Positions 12,640-23,840 of a DNA stretch of 64,000 nt are shown piece after piece; position 1 is the stretch's first letter; the number at the start of each line of letters is the position of its first letter. The position numbers and the translations under genes are program-made. Origin of the DNA: Octopus sinensis (Eukaryota). The DNA lies in assembly GCF_006345805.1 (NCBI RefSeq), contig NC_042998.1:180730001-180794000 (forward strand), in the 5' to 3' direction. The notes beneath the pieces are model-generated. The model ran no database searches, was not told where the DNA came from, and saw only the letters and a program-made list of their open reading frames with translations.

Positions 12640-12863
12640 TTTATATGTAAACGCATGTGTATGTGTGTGCTCACGTGCGTGGGTTTATGTGGTGGAAATA
12701 CATGTTAGCGAGTATTTACGTCAATGAAGGTCTTTTAAAAACAAAACAAAACAAAAATAGAGAGGAGGACAATGAAAAACTGAAAATGGTTTTTAAAAGG
12801 TACATATACTGGATGTTTTCTTGTCAAATACCATCGAATAATTTCCTTTCGTTTGTTGTTAAT

Positions 12864-12919
<56 letters not shown>

Positions 12920-13624
12920 CTTATTTTACATTCTATTTTCTTGGTAATATATAATGAAAAAAAAAACAAACCTTAAATCCAGAAAATGAAATTTACGTCC
13001 CTTCTAATGTAGATATAAAGTTCCAATAAATTTAACCCTAATATTTTCTCTTCGATGAAAAAAAAAAAAGCAAAATATTCTATTAGCCAATAGCAACAGG
13101 GGCTATCCTTCTTCATATCAGCGCATGTTCTTTCCTTTTTTTTCTTTTTTTTTTTTTTTTCACCTTCGTCGATCATCGAAGTTTCTGGTCTGTAAGCTGC
13201 AAGCAATCCCAATGGGTAAAAGCTAATCAATATCTTTCAACCTTAGGTTTTATCAATCAATCACTCTTCTTCGAAATCCAACGTAAACTTTATTCTTATT
13301 TTTATTCTTGCATTGTGTTACTACGCATATCTATCTATCTATCTATCTATCTATCTACTTATATATTTCTTTTTTCTCTTTTTCTTTCAATCTATATATC
13401 TATCTATCTAACTATCTATCTCTCTTCTAATCTTTCCTTTTTCTCTTTTTCTTTCAGTCTATCTATCTATCTATCTATCTACACACACACACACACACAC
13501 ATATATTTTTATATGTAGATATATATATCGATAGAGGGATAGATAGAAATAGATAGATGGATAGACACACACACACATATATAATATATATATATATATA
13601 TATATTAATATTATATATATATAT

Positions 13625-13709
<85 letters not shown>

Positions 13710-13907
13710 GTGTGTATGTATTTCATATACGTGCGCATATATATGCAGGTATATATATGTAAGTATGTATGTATATATACATATATATATAAATGTATGT
13801 ATGTATACGCGCGCACACACACATACGTTTATGTATGTATGTATGTATGTTTATACGTATGTATATACTTATGTATGTATATTTTGCTTTTTCGCTCTTT
13901 TCGCTAG

Positions 13908-14020
13908 AAAGATTCAGCGTTCTTCCGTCAAATGCTGCTTCTCTTATTCGGTGATTGTCTTTCGGAGTATGAACGTATTTTCCTTCCCTATCGCAAAAGA
14001 AGCCTAAAATTTCATTATAG
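13908..14020 (+). CDS. Candidate internal exon (KDSAFFRQMLLLLFGDCLSEYERIFLPYRKRSLKFHY)
   Basis: Pyrimidine tract plus TAG acceptor, open frame of non-repetitive sequence, weak donor AG|GTTTAT; no homology recognised. Confidence 0.3.
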
Positions 14021-15154
14021 GTTTATTGCAACCATTTCTTTCACACGCTGTTGAATCACAACAATGTTATTCCAATATATGCACGCAGCTTTCGTTTCTT
14101 CCTATCATTTCCTTAGTGTGTGTTCATGTGTGTGTGTGTGTGTCACAATACTCTGTATTCTGACATGCTTACCGAGATACGGTTTAGGGAAACTAAGGTG
14201 GAATCGCGTAACGATGGTGAAATTACCAGCATTTTAAAAGAAAAGTCTATTTTTTATTTGATAATATTATATCGTGTTTCAATGTACCCTCTGTACTAGA
14301 TCAGTAATATATCGATAAATAGCACAATATTTTCTTTCGGTCAGAAACTATCCCCTAGGTGCAACTAATGGAATTTATTATTGAGATTATTATATAGTAG
14401 GATGGAATTAGAATTGGTTTATAGAGTTCAAATTTATTATTGTTTAAGAGGGGAGACCGGTTAGTTGGCAGAATTTTTAGAGCGTCGTGTTAAAATGGTT
14501 TGTGATATTTGTTCCGGTTATTTACTTCCAGATTTCAGTTCTCATCGAAGCTAACTTTGCCTTTTATCCCCCCGGGGCCGATAAGATATGGTTTCAGTCA
14601 AGCAATATGATCGATGGTGCTGACTAATCTTCTTGCCTCAAAGCTGTTAGCCTTGCACCTAAATCTGAAGCTATTATTGTATAAGAGGAAGATAAAAGTA
14701 ATATAACTGGGAGGAAGATTAGGAATGACAGACACGAAATATACGAAAATGTTGTAGAATAAGGTACAAGGATAAACAAAGGAAAAGAGAGACGAAAAGT
14801 TAAAGCATAACGACAAATAGGGAAAATATAAATAATAGAAAACGACAAATAATCATAAATTTTTTTTTTAAATATTAACATCAGAGTTTGAATACAATTT
14901 TAAGGGAGTTTATGGTCGGTTTTATCGACCTCAGAAAGTTAGTACTAAAAATGTTCTCGCTGGTGGGGCAGATAATATATATATATATTATTCAAGGGAA
15001 TTCCAACTCAGTCTGTTTTTTTATGTTTTATTTATATTCTTTATAATATTAATGTAGAATATAGAATATATAGTATATAAAGTATATATAGTAAAATGAA
15101 ATGAAGTATTGATTGTCTTATTGAATAGATGAAATATTGAATATCAAATATTAA

Positions 15155-15198
15155 GGGACTAGTATACTTTCTTGCATTTAAGCAGTCTTCAAGGTCCC
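15155..15198 (-). ncRNA. Minimal type I hammerhead variant in a small TA-flanked element (~14990-15215)
   Basis: Minus strand GGGAC-CUUGAAGA-CUGC(UUAAAU)GCAA-GAAA-GUAUAC-UA/GUCCC. 5-bp stem I, palindromic AGUAUACU stem III, one extra U in the core. Confidence 0.7.
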
Positions 15199-15543
15199 AG
15201 GTTGTGACAGGAATGTGTGTATATGTATATATATATATATATAATAATATAGTTATCCGTAATAATGAAGGGTGAAATTAATTAATTTGGAATAATTATC
15301 AATTACACCATAGTCTTCGGCATGTAAAAGCCTCATTTGAGGAAAATTTAAGTAATACTAAGCAATAAGGGTTCAGCAACGAATTGCCTTACCACATACC
15401 GATTTAGAAATAGCAGTCAAAGGGTTATAGCTATTTCTTCTACTAAAAAGGGAGATCTCAGTAAAAACAGCAATTGGAAGGCTGACACAAACAGGTAAGA
15501 GAGAATGAATTAACCGCAATCTATCAAACATTTTTAAAGTTAT

Positions 15544-15646
15544 CCACGGACGTACGTTTCGAAATCAAGTTTTAGGAGCATAAGAATTAAAATATTAAAT
15601 ATTAAATAATTCTATCTTACCGAAACTTCTTTTCTCTTCAGCGTGG
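15544..15646 (-). ncRNA. Type I hammerhead, array copy (intact)
   Basis: Reverse complement of CCACG-CUGAAGA...GAAAC-GUAC-GUC/CGUGG. Confidence 0.9.
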
Positions 15647-16146
15647 AATACTATAATCATAAATGATTATATATTGAATTTTGAGATACTAGGAGGTACC
15701 AACTCAACTCAGTATCAGCGAGCTAGAATCCTCAACTAGTATCACCGAATTCAAATTTGTGAATGAAACGATTGTGTCAACAGCCCCTTCCCACCCGCGT
15801 GTAGCCAAAACAAGATGCTGTGGTCATCTACTGAGATAAAATATGGTTATCCGTAATAATGAAGGGTGAAATTAATTAATTTGGAATAATTATCAATTAC
15901 ACCAAGTAGTCTTCGGCATGTAAAAGCCTCATTTGAGGAAAATTTAAGTAATACTAAGCAATAAGGGTTCAGCAACGAATTGCCTTACCACATACCGAAT
16001 TTAGAAATAGCAGTCAAAGAGGGTTAATAGCTATTTCTTCTACTAAAAAGGGAGATCTCAGTAAAAACAGCCAATTGGAAGGCGACACACAAAACAGGTA
16101 AGAGAGAATGAATTAACCGCAATCTATCAAACATTTTTAAAGTTAT

Positions 16147-16248
16147 CCACGGACGTACTTTCGAAATCAAGTTTTAGGAAAGCATAAGAATTAAAATATT
16201 AATATTAATAATTCTATCTTACCGAAACTTCTTTTCTCTTCAGCGTGG
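16147..16248 (-). ncRNA. Type I hammerhead, array copy with a 1-nt deletion in stem III
   Basis: GGACGTACTTTCG instead of GGACGTACGTTTCG. Confidence 0.7.
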
Positions 16249-16781
16249 AATACTATAATCATAAATGATTATATATTGAATTTTGAGATACTAGGAGGTA
16301 CCAACTCAACTCAGTATCAGAGCGAGCTAGAATCCTCAACTAGTATCACCGAATTCAAATTTGTGAATGAAACGATTGTGTCAACAGCCCCTTCCACCCG
16401 CGTGTAGCCAAAACAAGATGCTGTGGTCATCTACTGAGATAAAATATGGTTATCCGTAATAATGAAGGTGAAATTAATTAATTTGAATAATTATCAATTA
16501 CACCAAGTAGTCCGAAGACTACTTGGTGTAATTGATAATTATTCCAATTAATTAATTTCACCCTTCATTATTACGGATAACCATATTTTATCTCAGTAGA
16601 TGACCACAGCATCTTGTTTTGGCTACACGCGGGGGGGAAGGGGCTGTTGACACAATCGTTTCATTCACAAATTTGAATTCGGTGATACTAGTTGAGGATT
16701 CTAGCTCGCTCTGATACTGAGTTGAGTTGGTACCTCCTAGTATCTCAAAATTCATATATAATCATTTAAGATTATAGTATT

Positions 16782-16886
16782 CCACGCTGAAGAGAAAAGA
16801 AGTTTCGGTAAGATAGAATTATTTAATATTTAATATTTTAATTCTTATGCTTTCCTAAAACTTGATTTCGAAACGTACGTCCGTGG
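16782..16886 (+). ncRNA. Type I hammerhead, array copy (intact)
   Basis: Stem I CCACG/CGUGG; CUGAAGA 16787-16793; 76-nt stem II insert closed by GAAA/UUUC and AAGUUU/AAACUU; GAAA 16870-16873; ACGUACGU palindrome; GUC cleavage after 16881. Confidence 0.93.
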
Positions 16887-17382
16887 ATAACTTTAAAAAT
16901 GTTTGATAGATTGCGGTTAATTCATTCTCTCTTACCTGTTTGTGTCAGCCTTCCAATTGCTGTTTTTACTGAGATCTCCCTTTTTAGTAGAAGAAATAGC
17001 TATAACCCTTTGACTGCTATTTCTAAATTCGGTATGTGGTAAGGCAATTCGTTGCTGAACCCTTATTGCTTAGTATTACTTAAATTTTCCTCAAATGAGG
17101 CTTTTACATGCCGAAGACTACTTGGTGTAATTGATAATTATTCCAAATTAATTAATTTCACCCTTCATTATTACGGATAACCATATTTTATCTCAGTAGA
17201 TGACCACAGCATCTTGTTTTGGCTACACGCGGGTGGGAAGGGGCTGTTGACACAATCGTTTCATTCACAAATTTGAATTCGGTGATACTAGTTGAGGATT
17301 CTAGCTCGCTCTGATACTGAGTTGAGTTGGTACCTCCTAGTATCTCAAAATTCAATATATAATCATTTATGATTATAGTATT

Positions 17383-17486
17383 CCACGCTGAAGAGAAAAG
17401 AAGTTTCGTAAGATAGAATTATTTAATATTTAATATTTTAATTCTTATGCTTTCCTAAAACTTGATTTCGAAACGTACGTCCGTGG
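17383..17486 (+). ncRNA. Type I hammerhead, array copy (intact)
   Basis: Same motif; predicted cleavage after 17481, 600 nt downstream of the previous site. Confidence 0.93.
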
Positions 17487-17981
17487 ATAACTTTAAAAAT
17501 GTTTGATAGATTGCGGTTAATTCATTCTCTCTTACCTGTTTGTGTCAGCCTTCAATTGCTGTTTTTACTGAGATCTCCCTTTTTAGTAGAAGAAATAGCT
17601 ATAACCCTTTGATTGCTATTTCTAAATTCGGTATGTGGTAAGGCAATTCGTTGCTGAACCCTTATTGCTTAGTATTACTTAAATTTTCCTCAAATGAGGC
17701 TTTTACATGCCGAAGACTACTTGGTGTAATTGATAATTATTCCAAATTAATTAATTTCACCCTTCATTATTACGGATAACCATATTTTATCTCAGTAGAT
17801 GACCACAGCATCTTGTTTTGGCTACACGCGGGTGGGAAGGGGCTGTTGACACAATCGTTTCATTCACAAATTTGAATTCGGTGATACTAGTTGAGGATTC
17901 TAGCTCGCTCTGATACTGAGTTGAGTTGGTACCTCCTAGTATCTCAAAATTCAATATATAATCATTTATGATTATAGTATT

Positions 17982-18085
17982 CCACGCTGAAGAGAAAAGA
18001 AGTTTCGGTAAGATAGAATTATTTAATATTTAATATTTTAATTCTTATGCTTTCCTAAAACTTGATTTCGAAACGTACGTCGTGG
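17982..18085 (+). ncRNA. Type I hammerhead, array copy with a 1-nt deletion at the cleavage site/stem I
   Basis: GTCGTGG instead of GTCCGTGG. Confidence 0.75.
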
Positions 18086-18309
18086 ATAACTTTAAAAATG
18101 TTTGATAGATTGCGGTTAATTCATTCTCTCTTACCTGTTTGTGTCAGCCTTCCAATTGCTGTTTTTACTGAGATCCTTTCCTTTTTAGTAGAAGAAATAG
18201 CTATAACCCTTTGACTGCTATTTCTAAATTCGGTATGTGGTAAGGCAATTCGTTGCTGAACCCTTATTGCTTAGTATATATATATATATATATACATACA
18301 TCTATTGTG

Positions 18310-18530
18310 TGTATCTTTGTGTCAGTGTTTCTTACCCACGCTTGATAATTATCAGTGTTGGTATGTTTGGGCGTCCGTAACTTAGTGGTTCGGCCAGTGA
18401 TAATAATAGAATATGTAACAGGATTTAAAAAGTCCTGGGATCGATTCATTCGATTAAAAATTCTTCAAGGCGGTACCCCAGCATGGCCGCACTCCAATGA
18501 CTGAAACAAATAAAAGATAAAAGAATAAGA
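18310..18530 (+). mobile_element. SINE family A, diverged 3' half
   Basis: GTAACTTAGTGGTTCGGC...CAGCATGGCCGCA...ATGACTGAAACAAATAAAAGA. Confidence 0.75.
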
Positions 18531-19124
18531 TTATAATGGTATGAATAAAGTTATAATGGTATAAGAAAGATTTCTCAAACTTCACATATTTCTATATTTT
18601 GTTTGAAGGATTATTTATTAGGACTCAATACAAACTGATCGAGACCGCTTTTCTTCATACGACGGGACAGTTTGAAACTATACACCGGGACAACTACAGT
18701 AACAGCGAGAAAGGAAATGCGTTCAGACGTTATCTTATGTTACTTCAAGATATCATAATTCGTTGAAAGAGATCGAAGCACCGATAAAAACGACTACCAG
18801 CAGATACAATCTGCATCGCACAGCGAGAAGAAGACCCGACATTATATACATGCATATACGTGTGTGTGTGTGTACGTATGTATGTATACACATACATGCT
18901 CACACAAGCACACACATTCACTAATTCAGTCGCTCACTCTCTCTCTTTCCCACACACACATTCATTCTCTCTCTCTCACACACACACAAACACACACACA
19001 GAGTCCTGAATTATAGAGAGACAGGAAGAGCGGACATCCGTTCAATAAGAGATAGTAAATATTACAACTTAATTAGTAAACTATAAATCAAGATAATTGA
19101 GGTGGTAATAGCAATATTAGTAAC

Positions 19125-19740
19125 TGGTAAGGCGGCGAACTGGCAGAAACGTTAGCACGCAGGGTAAAATGCTTAGCGGTATTTCGTCTGTTGCTACGTT
19201 CTGAGTTCAAATTGTGCCGAGGTTGACTTTGCCTTTCATCCTTTCGTGGCCGATAAATTAAGTACCAGTTACGCACTGGGGTCGATGTAATCGACCTATT
19301 CCGTTTGTCTGTCCTTGTTTGTCCTCTCTGTGTTTAGCCCGTTGTGGGTAGTAAAGAAATAGGTATTTCGTCTGCCGCTACGTTCTGAGTTCCAATTCCG
19401 CCGAGATCGAGTTTGCCTTTCATCCTATCGGGGTCGATAAATTAAGTACCAGTTACGCACTGGGGTCGATGTAATCGACTTAATCCCTTTGTCCTTGTCT
19501 GTCTCCTCTATGTTTAGTCCCTTGTTGGCAATAAAGATATAAGAAACGTTAGCACGCCGGGCGAAATGCTTAGCGCTGTTTCGTCTGTCTTTCTGTTCTG
19601 AGTTCAAATTCCGCTGAGATCGACTTTGCTTTTCATCCTTTCGGAGTCGAGAAATTAAGTACCAGTTGCGTACTGGGGTTTATCTAATCGACTGATCCCC
19701 CTCCCCCAACATTTCGGGTCTTGTGCCTGGAGTAGAAAAG
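19125..19740 (+). mobile_element. Three tandem tRNA-derived SINEs, family B
   Basis: TAAGGCGGCGAACTGGCAGAA head, and TTCTGAGTTCAAATT / GTCGACTTTGCCTTTCATCCTTTCGGGGTCGATAAATTAAGTACCAGT core (Meta-domain-like by recall) repeated three times. Confidence 0.9.
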
Positions 19741-20723
19741 TAGTCCTAGCAAAAGAACATCGATGCTATCCTACTTCAGAATTTCGTTTGTGTTGCTCCT
19801 ACGATGTAATCACATTCCACAGATAATGAACACGAACCTGTCTTTAATTTTGTCAACAACTTACAAAGAATAGACCAGTCTCCATTTTTGACTCCCGTTT
19901 TATTTTTGACCCAAACCCTAATTTGAAACGAAAAACCAAGGGTCGCTCTAAACTATTAGTTTAGACAAAGATGAATAAAATCTTAGCATTCCAACTCAGA
20001 AGTCACTCGAATTAAAATCATTTACTGGACACTTGTGTACAAAAAATAGTTTTATAAAATTTGCTGTTTAGTCAAGGATAGGAGAGACAGTGCCCAACTC
20101 AAGGAGGGGTAAACCTTATTTTAAGGTCGTCGAAACTTTATGATGAAAGGAAGTTAATATTAAACTGGTGATCCGATCTGAATGCTTTCAATACTTTGAA
20201 ATCCGTTATAAATAATCAAGAAGTAGGAGAGGTTGTTAAAGTAGGTATATTATCTCTTCCAACAAAGTGGTCAGAACAAAAATAAGAATTAAATTAAATT
20301 AAATTAACGAATGCTGTAAACCATCTCACGCAACAGTCAATTTCACCTGACTTAGATTGGTACTTTGTTGTATCTATTCCGAAAGGATGTAAGGCAAATT
20401 TGACTTTCTTGGGATTTGAACATAGACCCACAACAATTACGGAAAAATATTTTGTCCTACGTACAAACGATTACCCAACAGAAATACTATAACGTCCTAA
20501 TAGAATAGAACGACACAAGTGATTTGATAGTTCGAATTATCTCTGAGATGGTAAGTAATTGTTTTCGTTTTAGGGATAAAAATTTAAGGATATATTATTA
20601 ATCAGCACAATCGGCCCCAATATTTGGCCTTTACATTGTTTCAACAACACCAAAAGATTGAAATGTAAAGTTGGCCTTGATGTTATTTAAATTTAGAACG
20701 CGAAAAGCCAGATAAATAATCAT

Positions 20724-21060
20724 TTCTATTATAGGCACAAGGCCTGGAATTTTGGGGGAGGGGTTAGTCGATTATAGCGATCCCAGTGTTTTACTGGTAC
20801 TCAATTTATTGACTCTGAAAGGATAAGTCGACCTCAGCAGGATTTGAACTCAGATCGTAGCGGTGGGCAAGATACCTATTTCTTTACTACCTACAAGTGG
20901 CTAAACACAGAGAGGATAAACAAGGACAGACAAACGGATTAAGTCGATTATATCGACCCCTGTGCGTAACTGGTACTTATTTAATCGATTCCGAAAGGAT
21001 GAAAGGCAAAGTCAACCTCGGCGGAATTTGAACTCAGAACGTAGCGACAGACGAAATACT
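20724..21060 (-). mobile_element. Two tandem SINE family B copies
   Basis: Reverse complement of the family B core, twice. Confidence 0.85.
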
Positions 21061-21132
21061 GTAAAGAAATATATACGTCTTAGAAGAATAGAATGGAGTA
21101 AGTGGAGCAAGAACACACACGGAAACGAAAAG

Positions 21133-21177
21133 TGTCGCTGAAGAGGTCACAGATGTGTGACGAAAAATTTCCGGACA
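21133..21177 (+). ncRNA. Minimal type I hammerhead
   Basis: UGUCG-CUGAAGA-G-GUCAC(AGAUGU)GUGAC-GAAA-A(AU)U-UC/CGGACA. AAAUUU palindromic stem III, predicted cleavage after C21171. Truncated relative at 53510-53534. Confidence 0.75.
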
Positions 21178-21259
21178 TGGACAGGTGTTAAAATAATAAA
21201 AATAACAGTAATAAACGGGTGAAGAAAGAAAATATTGTGCGCGTGTTTATTTGGTAGTA

Positions 21260-21326
<67 letters not shown>

Positions 21327-21423
21327 TAATTAATTAATTAAGGGAATATCCCGAAATACAACAATATCTGTTTCACCACACGTTTTCACATCAGGAATCT
21401 TGCAAAATGTATATATATATATT

Positions 21424-21770
21424 CTCTTTTTCTCTTTCTCTTTTACTTGTTTCAGTCATTTGATTGCGGCCATGCTGGACCACCGCCTTTAATCGATCAA
21501 CTCGACCCCGGGACTTATTCTTTTGTAAGCCCAGTACTTATTCTATCAGTCTCTTTTGCCGTACCGCTAAGTGACGGGGACATCACACACGCATATATAT
21601 ACATATATACGACGGGCCTCTTTCAGTTTCCGTCTACCAAATCCACTCACAAGGCTTTGGTCGGCCCGAGGCTATAGTAGAAGACACTTACCCAAGGTGT
21701 CACGCAGTGGGACTGAACCCGGAACCATGTGGTTGGTAGACAAGCTACTTACCACAGCCACACCTGCGCC
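21424..21770 (-). mobile_element. SINE family A
   Basis: Reverse complement of 27227-27638. Confidence 0.9.
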
Positions 21771-21926
21771 TATATATATATATATATATATATAATGACT
21801 CTGACCGGGATGAACCTATATAGCCTAAACGTAGCAAGTAAAGCAACATTTGTCACATAGGAGCAGGTTATCTCCTCTAGATGCATTGAAAGAGGAATGT
21901 CTATAGTTAATATGATTCACATGACG

Positions 21927-22116
21927 TAAGACGGTGAACTGAACTGTCACAATCGTTAGCACCCCCGGCAAAAGGCTTAGTGGCATTTCGCCCGTCTTAA
22001 TGTTCTGAGTTCAAATACTACCGGAGTCGATAAAATAAGTACCAGTTGAGCACTGGGATCGATATAATCAACTTATTCCCTCTCCCGAACATATTGGCCT
22101 TGTGCCAATATTTGAA
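21927..22116 (+). mobile_element. SINE family B (diverged)
   Basis: Head plus TTCTGAGTTCAAAT plus GTCGATAAAATAAGTACCAGT. Confidence 0.8.
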
Positions 22117-22599
22117 ATTTATATGACGTATGGTTTGAAAATATTTGAGAGCATATTGGGACGTCATATGTTAGTCTAGATAAAATATACTTGGAGACAC
22201 AGAAACGTTGCACAGCTGCTCTGCATACGCTTGGTTACCTAATATAACGCCCTTCGAGAATAAGCTAACTGATAGTCATATGAACCTCACTAACTTTAAG
22301 GAAGGGTATTAAGATATAGACAAACCAGTAGGTGGCATAATAACATTTAAAAAACGCTGACATCTTTTTTCTATGAGAGAAATGACAACAGTGTGTTAAT
22401 TCTTTGCATAACAATTCTAAAAGCAATAATCTTTGCACATAAACCTAGTACAGACGATAAGAATTTATAATGACCGAATTGCATTAAAGGCATTACAATA
22501 CGAGAGTTAAGCAGTCTAGGAATGTCTATTTTCTTATTCTGAATGACACTTTAGTTGAGATATTTATGCTTATATTTTCCAAGATAAATTTCTTTTTCG

Positions 22600-22921
22600 G
22601 AGTTGGGTGTTTTGCGGAATATCTTCTTGTCGAAGTTCTCAAACTGCGAATAGTAAAGAAATAATGATGAACTCTCCCGTCGACGACGACCTAAGAGGGT
22701 TCAGCTTTCGCCGAACGACCTTCATGCAGCACACTAGCTCACTCTCTCCATCAAATCGACGTTGCCTGAGCAGGTGCAGTGTGTGCCATACGTCAGGTGC
22801 TGAAGCGATCGCAGAGCAACGTGAGGTGAAGTGTTTTGCTCGAGAAGACAACGCACCACTCGGTCTAGGAACTGAAACCACGATCTAGCGACCGTGAGTG
22901 CAACTCTTTAACCACTAAGCC
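22600..22921 (-). mobile_element. tRNA-derived SINE, further family
   Basis: Minus-strand head GGCTTAGTGGTTAAAGAG...GTGGTTTCAGTTCC, then GTTGTCTTCTCGAGCAAAACACTT core. Confidence 0.75.
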
Positions 22922-22945
22922 ATAATAATAATAATAATAATAATA

Positions 22946-22984
<39 letters not shown>

Positions 22985-23064
22985 CAACAACAACAACAAT
23001 AACAACAACAACAACAACAACAACAAAAACAATAATAATAATAATAATAATTATAATAAAATTA

Positions 23065-23740
23065 AATCTCCTGATGCAATACCAGGCTGTGACACACATT
23101 GCTTCTGATAATAACAGTTTGAAAGTGTTAACATATACATGTTTTGTTTTGATCTAAAAGATAGATTCCTTCAAAGAATACCAGATAAGCCACCCATAAT
23201 TGGATACAACTCACCCAACAAGAACTCACTACTTGATCAAAACTTGATACAACTCACCCAACAAGAACTCACTACTTGAACAAAACTTGACTTAAACAGG
23301 ATTCGAACAATCCTATCAGGTGGTGCTATTAAGTTAGACATGGCCTGGACCAATCTTTAGTCGAAACATATCTAAGTTATCTAAGTTATCTAAGATGAGC
23401 TACAGCAAATATCCTACTCATTATCACAGATTTGCTTATCTGTTTTTTTGGGTTTTTTTTACCATAACTAGTTGAGCATGTCCCTTAGTGGCTGACGATA
23501 TGTGCATCTCTGATCACGAACAGAAGTAGTGGGGGAGTATCATAGTTGAGAGAGATTCTTTTGGGGTTTGAATAATTCATCTCTGGAAACATAGGCGTTT
23601 CGTTCTTCATCCTTAAACAAACTTTATTCGGGGACTTCAGGGATGAACAACTCGACATGAAGAATACTCTAACTGGGACTCTATCTGCAAGGTCACACGA
23701 TATTTATCTTATAGCCTGGGGAGTCGTATATTCGTATCCT
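23065..23740 (-). mobile_element. Interrupted, opposite-orientation copy of the ~550-bp (TAA)n-associated repeat at 34000-34550
   Basis: CCCTTAGTGGCTGACGATATGTGCATCTCTGATCACG and CTGATGCAATACCAGGC are reverse complements of sequence in 34000-34550. Confidence 0.75.
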
Positions 23741-23796
23741 AGCGTCACTTCGATGGCATGTGTTGCTCTCACACTCAATAATAACAAGACGATGTT

Positions 23797-23840
<44 letters not shown>

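Larger units (their letters stand above)
15252..18277. repeat. Head-to-head tandem array of a ~600-bp hammerhead-containing unit (candidate retrozyme)
   Basis: Left arm units start at 15252, 15846 and 16449 (partial). Inversion junction at ~16512/16513. Right arm unit boundaries at 16581, 17181 and 17780, ending at 18277. (TA)n on both flanks; no ORF >=60 aa in the track. Confidence 0.95.

Noticed and set aside
16449-16581. Inversion read as a pure fold-back sequencing artefact
   Set aside because: The arms are unequal and the flanks are not mirrored. Not fully excluded without reads; scattered 1-nt indels between copies do suggest assembly noise.
15252-18277. Array read as a CRISPR array, rDNA or a protein-coding repeat
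   Set aside because: The 600-bp units have no repeat-spacer pattern, no rRNA motifs and no ORF >=60 aa.
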